NCBI GenBank assembly: GCA_016748015.1
Contig: JAAOMT010000294.1
Coordinates: forward strand, 288,541-352,540
DNA length: 64,000 nt
Reading direction: 5' to 3'
Source of the DNA: Geosiphon pyriformis uo1
Taxonomy: Eukaryota > Fungi > Glomeromycota
The position numbers and the translations under genes were made by a program. The notes below the pieces were generated by a model. It saw only the letters and a list, made by a program, of their open reading frames with translations. It made no database searches and was not told the origin of the DNA. Positions 39,432-51,088 of the stretch are shown piece by piece. Numbering within the stretch: position 1 is the stretch's first letter; every line of letters starts with the position of its first letter.

Positions 39432-42400
39432 ACGCCTCACCCTGCAACCAAGAACTCACCCAAAAACAACAAACACATACCAGCAATATTCTGCCAGCAA
39501 CAGTCATCAATGACGAATTACTGGATGCTATTTTTCCATTCGAACTCGAGAAACTGTCAACCATGCCATTATTTAGTGGAGCTGCACTAGAAGAAAAGCC
39601 AATTACTGCCATGTATACTGATGCAAAAATTAATGGCCATTTCATCAAACTAATTCTTGACAGTAGTTCAGCAGACAGCATCATCACACGACAACTCATG
39701 AATCAATTAAATTACTGAGTTGATTGAGCTGCTAGCGCCAGAATCATCATGGCTGATGAAGCAACCAAGACTCCAATTGGCAAAATCAATGACTTACCAA
39801 TCAAAATTAACAGCATCATAGTATCAATCAAAGTACTTGTTATGGAAGCCACCCAATACCAAGCTCTAGTTGGTAATGACTGGCTGTCCAAGACAAACAC
39901 TACTCTGAACTGGAATACACAGGAGCTTCAACTCAGCCAGAACGGGTGACACATGCGAGTACCAGCAACATGTGGCCACTTCAAGGCTACCAACACCACA
40001 GCACCACTAATTGACTTCGAAAAAGAGAAACCAAAACCTATCTGAAAAGCCTACCAAGTGTTGTGGGCTGACGAAGAGCACAATAAGCTGTCACCAATAC
40101 TCTCTTGGGATGACAACAGGAAAGAGAAGCAAACAAACAAATTTATCTGGGAAACCGATAATCTGACTTAGACTAACAACAAACAAAAAGAAGCCTCCAG
40201 TTGGAAATGGAACAAAGATAAGGGAAAAAGAAAAAAAAAGGAAGAAGGAATACCACCAACTGCCACTATTTATAATTCCTACACCCACCACACTCCACAA
40301 CAATCCAATTATTAACAGTCAAAGCTTGTATGCGTTGATTGCGGCAAGAAACTGTCATCAATGGGCACATGCTGTGGTGATGATGAGGAATACCATACCA
40401 CAACAAAGTTCTACTGTCATCCATGCTTATTCGAATGCTTTGGATGACCAAAGAGGCAAGAAAAATGGGATAACCAACCTTGTCTTACTTGTGGGGAGAT
40501 CCTGCTAGATGAAGAGATATGGAACAACATCCCAGGATGTGGAGGAACATGTGACATGTCATGTCAATACACAATTCTAATAAGCAACTGGGTAAAGAAA
40601 GGAACACCAATAGAAGCAGCTTAGAGAAGAGCCATGTAGCAACTGGACAGTTGTTCACATGATGATGATAAAATTTGGAGAATGACAATCAGCAAAATAG
40701 AAAGAGCAACACCCGAAAAGATCAGAGAAATCAAAAACAACTCACCAAAACCCATTGAGCTTAACTGAAACACAGAGCCAGTCATAAATTTTCTAAAACC
40801 AGAAGAGTTCCATAAACACTACCAAAACTTGGCACCCACTAGAGAAGAGCAAGAACAATGGCTAGCACAGTTAAATACAAGACTGTGTTGCCATTGTTTA
40901 ATTCCCAGTAACTTTGAATATTGTGATGATTGTAACTTCATTTACAATCCACCACCACGCATAATCTACATGATCCCCAAAGAAGAAGAACCAATTAGCA
41001 GCTGCACATTAGAGTCGGAATTGCCACTCGATCCCAATTCAAACCCCAACAATGATGACAACGAGAATAATGGTTCCAGCTCCATTCAAAATGGCAATGA
41101 CAATGACAACAATATCAACTCAAATTCAAACTCTGACTCAAACTATGAACAATATATCATGCTTCCTGACCTCACCAAGGAACAAGAACTGAAATGGTTC
41201 AGCAATAATAATGAAGATATTATGCCAGAACGCGTGCATGATACTGATGCAGAATTTGATCTGAGATATCTGGGAACAGAAGCCATCAAATTGGAACCAC
41301 ATACATGCACCTACATTGATTTGAAAATAGCACTAGAAATTCCAGCAACAACAATGGTTCAATTAGCATCTAGGAGTAGTTTAGCAAAAAGAGGAATTAA
41401 TATAAGAGAAAAAATAATTGACACAGAATATGTAGAAAATATTATCGCTATGCTACAAAATGACTCAAACAAGGCCTATATAATAGAGCCAAATGAAAAG
41501 ATAGCACAGGCAATATTCTTACCTTTGGTTAAAATAGCTCAATTAGTACCAGTAGGAAACAGGAAAGAGTTAGGAATAACAGTAAGAGAAATACAAGAAT
41601 TTGGGTCAATGGGTAGAATAGATGTACCAGTTAATATGGCAGAAGAAGAAATTGTTGGCCAAAAAAAAATTATTTCAACTGGTCAAGCTATTTCCATTCC
41701 ACCATATAGCCAGTACATGTTAGCAATAGAAAGGAAAAAAAAGGAGCAAGAACAGATTTTTGAAGCTGAAGCAAGCTGTTGTAAATCAGAAGAAATTGAA
41801 TTGATCAATCTCTACATACTAGCCAAAAGCTATAGCCGCATAAAAATTCCCATCTACAACAACACTGGCAATGTCATCAACATATCAAAAGGAACCACCA
41901 TCAGATATTTAATCACAGAAATAGAAAACCAACTACCAAACCCCATTCCAGACTTTTCACAACTTTGTGGATATGTTGACATCACATCACAAACAATCTA
42001 TAGACAAGACAAATGTTATTTACTCCAACCAGAACAATTGGAACAAATGAACATGAGAAACTTAGATCTACTCCAATGTATGCAGCTCAAAATGTTGCTC
42101 AACAATTTCAAGGACATTTTTGTCAGTGAAAATGAGTTTGGCCGAACTGACATCATTCAGCATTAGATCAAGACGGGAGATGCAATGCCAATTAAACAAA
42201 GAGCATACAGAGTGCTGCCAACCAGCCACGAAATCATTTGTCAAGAGATAAACCAAATGCTTGACAATGGGCTAATTCAACCATCAATGAGCCCATAGTT
42301 GTCACCAGTAGTACTTATTCATAAAAAAAATGGGAAAATCCAATTTTGTGTGGACTACAGGAAACTCAACAGTATAACTTGTGGAGATAGTTATCCAACT

Positions 42401-44884
42401 CCACAAATACAGGAATTATTCGATGCTTTCAGTGGGAACAAATGGTTCTCAACATTAGACTTGGACAGTGGTTATTGACAAGTAGCCATGAATTCAGCTG
42501 ACAAAAAGAAAACAGCATTCACCACTAAAAAAAAGAATTTCGAATTTGAAGTGATGCCATTTGGCTTAACCAATGCCCTAGCCACTTTCCAATGGCTAAT
42601 GGAAATTGTTTATACTGGCTTATTGTGGAAATCAGTAGTTGTATATTTGAATAACACCAATGTATTTTCAAAAACATTTGATGATCACCTTCATCATCTT
42701 CAACAAGTGTTTGAAAGGTTAAGAAAAGCAGGACTAAAGTTAAATACAACAAAGTGCTTCTTTGGCAAAACAGAACTAAAATTCTTGGAACATATAGTCA
42801 GTAAAGATGGCATCAAAACGGATCCAGAGAAAATAGAGATAGTAAAAAACTTTCTAGTACCAACCAATGTGACTGAACTGAAATCATTCTTGGGATTTGC
42901 GAGCTATTATCAATGCTTTATAAAGAACATTTCAAGGATAACTCAACTGCTTAATAATCTGCAAACCAAAAATACCAAATATGAATGAACAGAAAGTCAA
43001 CAAGAAGCTTTTGATATTTTGAAAAAAAAGCTCATTCAAGCTTTAGTACTGATCTACTCAGATCACAACAAACCATTTATCATTACTACTGATGCATCAG
43101 GCCAAGTATTGGGAGCAGTACTATCTCAAAAGGGACCAAACGGCAGAGAACATCTAGTAGCATATGCCAGCCGAGGTCTAACACCAGCCGAAAAGAACTA
43201 TGGAACACCAGAACTAGAACATTTAGCAATCTATTGGGCAGTCATAAAGTGGAACAAATACTTGAGCCAAAAGTTTGATATATACACAGATCATAAAAGG
43301 TTAACATCACTTCAAAAACAAGAATTTGATGACAACTACCAATCCAGATGGAAAATGGCACTATCACAATATACTTATACTATACACTATAAGAAAGAAA
43401 AAAACAACAGAAATGCTGACAGTTTGTCATGAATAAGACAAATCTAAGAACATTTCAACCCAAAAATATAACAAAACCAGAACAATACCAACGAAAAATA
43501 ACAAAAGATGAACATACAAAAATATCAACAACTCCATATAAACACTCAACAGTTCAAGGAGAATTTATCTCAAATGAAATGAAAGAGGATCAAACAACAA
43601 TCAAAATATTTTATTACTTACCAAAATATACTTTATTAGAAAAATAGAAGGGATCCAGATCAGCCAACTAAAGTAATTACAGAGCCAGAAAAAGAAACAA
43701 TATTATTTAACATGCACTCAAATCCAACAGCCAGACACTTTCACAAAGAAGCAACCATGAAAAAAACCAGAAAAAGATACTATTGGCCATCAATATATCC
43801 AGATATCATCCAATATGTTCAAAATTGTGATGCTTGTCAGCGAAGAGGAGGAACAAAACCCAGTGAACCATTAAGACCAATCAAAGTGAGACAACCATTT
43901 GACTGGATTGGAATTGATTTAGTCAGACCATTAACAATCACCAGCAGAGAAAACAGATATATAGCAGTAGCCATAGACTATCTCACTAAATGGCCAGAGG
44001 CAAAAACAATTCAAAGAGCAGATGCAGAATCCATTGCCGAATTTGTTTATCAAGATTTAATTTGTTGACACAGATGTCCAAAGAAATTATTATCAGACCA
44101 AAGAACTTATTTTGTGAACAGAACATTAACAGAATTGAGCCAAAGATTTGGAATTAAGAGACCATTATCATCACCATACCATTCACAAACCAATGGATTA
44201 GTCAAAAGATTCAACAGAACATTGTGTGAAGCAATTGCCAAACTCAGCCAAAAAAACCAGAACAAATGGGATTTGTTCATACCATCAGTATTATTTGCTT
44301 ATTGGACAATGAAGCAAGATACTACACAAACAACACTATTTGAATTAGTATATGATAGAACAGCAACATTATCAGTAGAGAGAGAAATTAATATATATCC
44401 AGCTGAACCAATAACAGAAGAGAATTTTCAAGAAACATTGCTAAGAAGAACATATGACTTAATGGAAACATTGGAAAACAAACAAAGAAGAGCAGCTGAT
44501 AATATTCAAAAGTTACAAAAGAAACAGAAAGAAAGACACAATAATCAACTACTAGACAAACCAGTTGAATTCAAGATTAGAAACAAAGTACTCTTACATC
44601 ATACCAAAACAGAAAAACAATGGAGTAGAAAATTTGACACCAAATGGGATGGACCATTTCACATAGAAGAAATTCTAGGAAATAAAGCTTACAAATTAAG
44701 ACTGGATAACAAAATTTTAACCAAAGCAGCACATGGAGATCGACTGAAACCATACCACAACATCACATTACCATCTACCAGTAATATTTCACAATTAGGA
44801 GTACAAAGAATACTAGTCCAACCAAATGAAATTCTACGAGATCTGGAACCAATTATTATTATAAACAACAACACGTTAAATTGA
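39432..44884 (+). pseudogene. pol: D pol (PR, Cys-rich, dUTPase, RT, RNase H, IN)
   Basis: ORF fragments 39368..39718, 40829..42166 (dUTPase), 42488..42988 (YLDD changed to YLNN), 43019..43432, 43712..44068, 44114..44884. Confidence 0.92.
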
Positions 44885-44908
44885 TTCAGCAAAAAAATAT
44901 ATAAAGAC

Positions 44909-45568
44909 ATGGTAGATGTGACAGAAAATATCAGAAAAATGGAAATTACAGACAACATTCACTCACTAGCACAACAACTCTTTCAATTGATCTAACATCA
45001 GGAAATAAAGATTACAATCAATCAACAAACCATTCAATATCAAGATATTAAAAAGACATTGTGACCCAAAACACAAAAGAAAACTGAAAATATGGTGGAC
45101 AAAATCATTGTGAAAGTAAAATTAGCAATAAAAGAGTCAACAAAAGAGGCACTATATTAAGAATTGACTAAAGAAACTTGGAATTAGTGGATACAACAAT
45201 TTCCAAGAAACTATTGTTATTTTTACTTGGGACAACACCTAAATATTCAGAATTTATATATGGATAAAACAAAGCAATTATTCGACAAAAGAATACTACA
45301 ACAATTAGAATATTTTGTGGGAAAGAACAACTTATCCACACAGGCCCAAGCCATATATCAAATACACACAGCATTTCAGGATAGACCAGAAATATTACTC
45401 AACAAAGCAATGGATATGGTTACCAGTAATCAATTGGGAAAAATCACCAATGCTCAATTTGAAAAATTACAGACCCAAATAACACAAATAATTCTCGAAA
45501 ACAAAATCTAGGAAATACTTCAAAAGGGGGAATTAAATGAGTTGGATTTTGATGGAGCTCAATATTAA
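44909..45568 (+). pseudogene. D ORF3 (uncharacterised, 219 codons)
   Basis: Single frame from ATG 44909 to TAA 45568; each internal stop is one transition from CAA, CGA, TGG or CAG. Confidence 0.8.
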
Positions 45569-45581
45569 AAGGAGGAAATAA

Positions 45582-46453
45582 TGTTACTTATAAAAATATA
45601 AGAAATAAATTAGCATAATTAGTAGCCAATTAGAAGTAGACGTAGTAAATGTGGAATTCCAGGATTTTTTTCAGGAATTGCAGGATTCCAGGAATTTCAG
45701 AATTCCCCGATGAAGAATTGCAGGATTCCAGAATTCCAGAATTCCTCTTAAAGGAATTGCAGAATTCCAGGAATTCCAGGATTCCTGTCATGAAGAATCG
45801 AGGAATTGAGGAATCTCAATTATGTATATATAGCAGCAGAAATAGAAGCTGAAAAGACAGACCTCTTAGTTTAGATTTAATCTAAGCAACCTTCCAAATT
45901 TCCAATTATCAAATAAATAATTATTTTATATCTCAATCTACTTTTCACTATCAACACTTCATGTTGATAGTAATTGATACTTAACCACGCTGGAACAATA
46001 GCTCTTGATCATGGCTATTGATGAGATACTAACTTACCAAATTGCCTTGGCTTATCTTTATCATCGTTATTTTTTTTATTTTATTTATTTATTTCTTTGA
46101 TTCTGTTGTGCCTACTAATTAATTGAGGATTAAAAGCACTGAGTTATTAATGTCACAGATAGCCTGGTAAAAGACCCAGAAATAAGGGTAGATTTATATA
46201 TATTATTAGTTAGCTTATCAGAAAGGCACGACTGCCAGAATAAATCTGGCCACCAAGCTAAGAAAAAAATTGGGAAACAATTGACAACAAACAATGAATT
46301 GCTGTACTATTAAATCTCTGTCCATTATACAAAGAACTCCATTAAAACCTTCAGATACAACACATTCAGAATATTATTGACGGAAATAGCTTTTAAGCAT
46401 CAAGTTATGGGTTTGTTATTTGACTTGAAACTCCAAATAATTCAACTGTAACA
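45582..46453 (+). repeat. D 3' LTR
   Basis: Direct repeat of 28193-29064. Confidence 0.95.
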
Positions 46454-46549
46454 ACGACCTAATTGGTTGCCTGTTATGGTAATACTGACTCAAATAATCA
46501 ACAAAAATCAAGTATAAATAAATGCACTATTCCCAAAACAGAGGTATTT

Positions 46550-47175
46550 TCAATCGACATAAACAATTATTTTTTGGATTAAAACATTCAAAACGTCTTC
46601 TATACTCTTCATAAGTATTGGATTAAAAACTATCCAAATGCTACTCTGACTATTGGAAAACAAATCATCATAACTGATAACAGTATAACACATACTGTTA
46701 TTAGACCAAAAAAAACTACTACCAAAAGAGAAAGAATTGGTAATAAAATAGATAAATATTTGTTGGAAAGTATAACAATAGACATACTCTCACCTTCCAG
46801 CACAATTAAAAAAACACTCCAAGAAATCTTACCCATAAACAAAAACTTGTCATATAGAAAGCAATTAGAACTATATGGTTGTCTTGGTGAAATCATAGAG
46901 GATATGAAACTCATGAAGAAAACAACTTCAGAAATACAGGCAGAAATTTTGGGCATTATATGGTTAAATGTCCCAAGAGTTTTAACTATTGCTAAAAGAA
47001 CCAAAACTCTAATACAAAGATTTGGTCTCTTGGATACAAAACTTATTTCACCTCAAGTATTATATATCCTATTCACAAAAAACTTCAACAAACTAGTTAG
47101 CTTTAAGTTAAATAAAACTTTTCAAACAGATTACACTATAAATAGCTTGATTTCACTAGAGCTCAATCTCTTTGA
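46550..47175 (+). pseudogene. C ORF3 (uncharacterised)
   Basis: NIQNVFYTL...ATLTIGKQI...LELYGCLGE...TIAKRTKTL; ORF 46760..47215; second copy at 1160-1790 (-). Confidence 0.65.
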
Positions 47176-47184
47176 AGAGGATGA

Positions 47185-47933
47185 TATTATGGTTGAAACT
47201 TATATTTTTTATTAATTATCACATGTATTAATCACTAATATCATATAAATTAGCCACTCTATTTTTAGAAAATAATTATTAACCTGATTAATAACCTGAC
47301 CATTGATCTAATTATTGACCTGATCATTAACTTAATCAATGACCTAATCATTGACTTGATCATTGACCTGATTATTGACTTAGTCATTGACCTGATTATT
47401 GACCACTTTTGATAGCTATATAAGCAATAAATCTCTTAGCTATAGAAAAGCATGTAAAAATCAAAGAAAGAAAATAAATAAAATAACAACTTTATCTTAA
47501 TCATTCTCTTATTACTAATTTTTCTTTCCTTACTTTCAAGTATCTGAACATCTTGGGATAAAAGATTACTTGTTGGTTATTTCTTACCCTTTTTCTGAAA
47601 TGTGTAATTGCAACATTTGAAAATTATTGAATAAAACGTGACTGAAGAGTACATCTAATACTTGATATTGAATTTTAAGAATACCAACATAAGGCATAGA
47701 ATTATATTAGGTGTGATCATTTGTTGATAGTACAGACTATCCTTCTATTTTTAAATTCTCTGGTTATCTTTGAAAAGTATAACAACTGAGATATTTTATA
47801 AAACTGATCTCGCACATTGAATCCATACTTATTCAATTCATTTTTTGAAGTTAAATTCCCTTTGATTATTTCTATTACCCTACAATTCTGTTTTTCCTTG
47901 CTATCTGTTAGCTTGTTACTTTAATTTGTAATA
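47185..47933 (+). repeat. C 3' LTR with a ~12-bp tandem array (ttgacctgatca-like, ~47275-47405)
   Basis: Follows the PPT; homologous to 472-1153. Confidence 0.82.
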
Positions 47934-50130
47934 ATATATTAATTAATAAATTGTATTCAATAAAAAATTGAACCAAATATTAATATAGTTTTTAATAATA
48001 TAATTAAAAATATAAACTGACACTATATTTCTATAATTTAATATCTAAACTTTTAGATAAAATTAAATTTTATTAACAGATTTATAATTAGTTTATTTAT
48101 ATATTTAATAAAATCTGTTTATAGATAATTTTTTATTATTATTTAGAAATATTTATATAATAAATAATATTTTAATATTTTTGTCTTTATTATAAGAATA
48201 TTGAGTTTTTAAATTAATTGTTAATAATTTTCTAAAAAAATAAAAATTGATTTTAATATTTTGATTATTATTATAAATAAATATCTAATTTAATAATTTA
48301 TAAGTTTATATTGTAAATTGGTAATTTAATTTAAAAATTTTGGTAAATTTAAAGATTTATAATTGAGTTTTTTATAAAAAACAAAAATTTAATTAGTAAT
48401 TTAATTTATTCTTTCTCTCTTTTTTTCTTCTTTGGCTTTCTCTAATCTTTTTAACATTTTATGATCTTCTTGCTACTGGCTCTAAATAAGCATAATCTAA
48501 TAATATTTTACCTCCATAAGGATCTTCTTTTTGTAAATGAATTGATAATACTTAATGTTTTATTTTTTTACCATAATAATTAGTTTATTCTAATATTTTT
48601 TATTTTTTTAATAAGTTATATTTATTTTTATTTTTGTATTTTTTATTAAATAATTTATAATATTATAATCTTAAAATTTATTTATTTTAATTAATATAAT
48701 AACATAAATAATAAATAAAACAAAAAAACAAAAAACAAAAATAAAATAAAAGTTAATATTTATCAATAGTTATAATCAAAAACTATTGTTTTAAAGTATT
48801 AAATTCTGTAAATATATGTTTTGAAAATCTGTTGTTTTAATAAGTAAAACATTTTTAAAAGTAAATAATTTTAATAAAATAAATAATAAATTATAGAATT
48901 AATAATTTTAATAAATAAGTTTTTATTGCAGATAAGAGATAGTTTTATTAAATATTTAACTAAAATAAAATACTTTTTTTTCTAATATTATCATTATATA
49001 TATATAATTTTTATAATATAAAATAATTTAATATTTCTAATTATTTCTTCACTTTTTCTGTTATTTTTAATGTTTTTAATATTCTTAAATTTCTAAAAAA
49101 ATTTCTAAAATTCTTGAAATCTTTTTGGTATTTTTGAAATTCTTAATATTGTGTTATTTAATAATTTTTAATATATAAATAACTAATTTAAACTATATAT
49201 TAACTATTTAATTATTATTATTTGTTAATTTATAAGTAATATTATATTTTATCTATTATTATCTGTTATATTTACTACTTTGTTAAACTATTTTTGATGA
49301 CTAATTTTGGTATTTTTTTATAAATTTCTGATTTCTTTGCAATATAAAAAATAACAATAATTTTTTTCGGTTTTTTTTTTAAAATAGATTTAAAAACATT
49401 GCTATAAAAAATTATTTTTGGTAATAATGAGTATTATTTCTTTAATATCTTATAATCTATTGTTATTAAATTTTAATTTATAATATTAATATTAATAATT
49501 TTATTAATTTAAAAGTCTAAAGATAAGTTTTGTAAATTTTATTAATTTTTAGCCAAAGTAAAATAATTTTTTTTATAAGTAATATTAATTTATTATATGT
49601 GTTGTTTTTGTTAAAATTATTTTTAATAGCTTTTTACTAAGTTTGTTCAATAAAAAGATTTTTTAAAGTATTTCTATATTTTCAATTGTGTTTTTTTTGT
49701 GGCTTCTATGAATATTTTTTTAATATCATATTAAATTTTTAAATATTTAAATAATTATCTTGTTTGTAATATAAGCAGTAAATTTTCTTAAAAAAAGAAA
49801 AAAAAACCAAAAAAAATCAATAATTTATAAATAATTTTGATAAGAAATTATTCTTTCAGATTATTAAAAATCTTTTCAAATTTTATAATCAACTAGAATA
49901 TTGGTTAAAAATAAGTAAGGTTTAATAATTAATCTGTAATTTTATTAATGATATTTGTTTTTGTAATTTAAATTTTAAAGTTAATTGTTTTATTGAAATT
50001 TCAAACAAATTTTTTTTTTTTAAAAAAAACAGTTTTTAATTGTTTAATTTTTTATTATTTGATAGATAAATAAGTAAATAAATAATTAGATACTTTTTTT
50101 ACAAGTTAGAACTATTGTATATATACAAAT
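47934..50130. mobile_element. Near-erased TE relic including an A/D-like LTR remnant (~48560-49180)
   Basis: atcaatagttataatcaaaaactattgtt at ~48762 matches the LTR hairpin atcaatagctgtgatcaagagctattgtt; decayed gaattcc-like array at ~49080-49145. Confidence 0.45.
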
Positions 50131-51088
50131 TTTTGATTATATAGAAGTAGACCAATTTTTAATTGAATTGTGAGTAATCATTTAGTTATTAAGACGGAGA
50201 TGTTGATATCGTTGAAATTCGAGAGACTTGGATTCTCAAATGCTATTATATTAAAAATTTGATGTAAAATATGAAATAAAATAAAAATTGACATTCACAT
50301 AAGTTTCAAAGAGAAAAAAAGAATAATAATTATTATTAAAATATTTGACATTAAATCAAAAATACTATAACTTTTAGTAAATTTATAATTATTAATTGGG
50401 TTTTAAGCTTTCAATGAGAATGACAACACAGAAATAAATTTTACAAAATGTCCCAAAGCTGGTGTCAAATATGTGCAAAAATCAAATTTGAGCACGAAGC
50501 ATCTTAACACAAAAGGACTTTGGGATCCCTGGAGCAATCTTATTCATCAGTATGATACTTGTAATGTTTTTGCATGAATCAAAAAAAGTTTAAACTTTAA
50601 ATCTAAATATTTGATCATAAATTGTGTCAATATGACATGACGCGTGTCTGACAATGAGAATCAATAATGACAAAGATTTTCCCAGGAAAGAATTTTAACT
50701 ATTTTTGTTTTATAATTAATTATTCAAGTTTCTCATCATGTCAATATTTCGAATTTTAATCAACTAATTAAAAATAAAATTTTCGATCAAACAACTAATC
50801 ATGCCAAAAAACGTAACCGATCGGATGTGCCAATCGAATCTAGTAATAGGAGATTTGGAAATCAAACAAACTATAAAAATCATGACACTTTTTATATCAT
50901 TTAGTCTAAAAAGCGACTGACGTAAATATACGTAAATTACGCCTCGGAGAGATCTCTTGGATTCATATGTTTTGAAGAGGATAAAAAATTGAACTTCTCG
51001 CTGTTATAAACATAAGAATTTCGAAAGTGATCGCATCCTTATTTTTATTACACCTTTGATTTCTTTTAAGTTTTAAACCATTTGAAAG

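Larger units (their letters stand above)
28193..46453 (+). mobile_element. Gypsy LTR retrotransposon D (close relative of A), with B nested inside
   Basis: 872-bp LTRs 28193-29064 and 45582-46453; perfect TSD acga at 28189-28192 and 46454-46457; PBS 29067-29083; PPT 45567-45581. Confidence 0.95.
24834..47933 (+). mobile_element. Gypsy element C, 5'-truncated (PR, RT, RNase H, IN, ORF3, LTR; no dUTPase), split by D at 28193-46453
   Basis: Protease IIVGNKWLKKAK at 24834+; RT VYLDD 25837..26100; RH 26284..26721; IN 27149..28123 continuing at 46454; PPT gaagaggatga 47174-47184; LTR 47185-47933. Confidence 0.85.

Noticed and set aside
44700-44884. Chromodomain at the integrase C-terminus
   Set aside because: Only a short tail (LEPIII) follows the GPF/Y region; no aromatic-cage pattern
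44909-45568. ORF3 as an env gene
   Set aside because: No signal peptide, TM anchor or furin-like site is visible, and it is only ~220 aa
45650-45815. CRISPR-like or iteron-like repeat array
   Set aside because: Degenerate 8-9-bp units with no unique spacers, inside LTR U3, in a eukaryotic context
47275-47405. 12-bp tandem array as an independent element
   Set aside because: It is internal to the C LTR and also present in the copy at ~1020-1062
47934-47937. atat, and atac at 468-471, as further CpG-derived targets
   Set aside because: Compatible with double deamination but uninformative in such AT-rich DNA and without a second copy of the site
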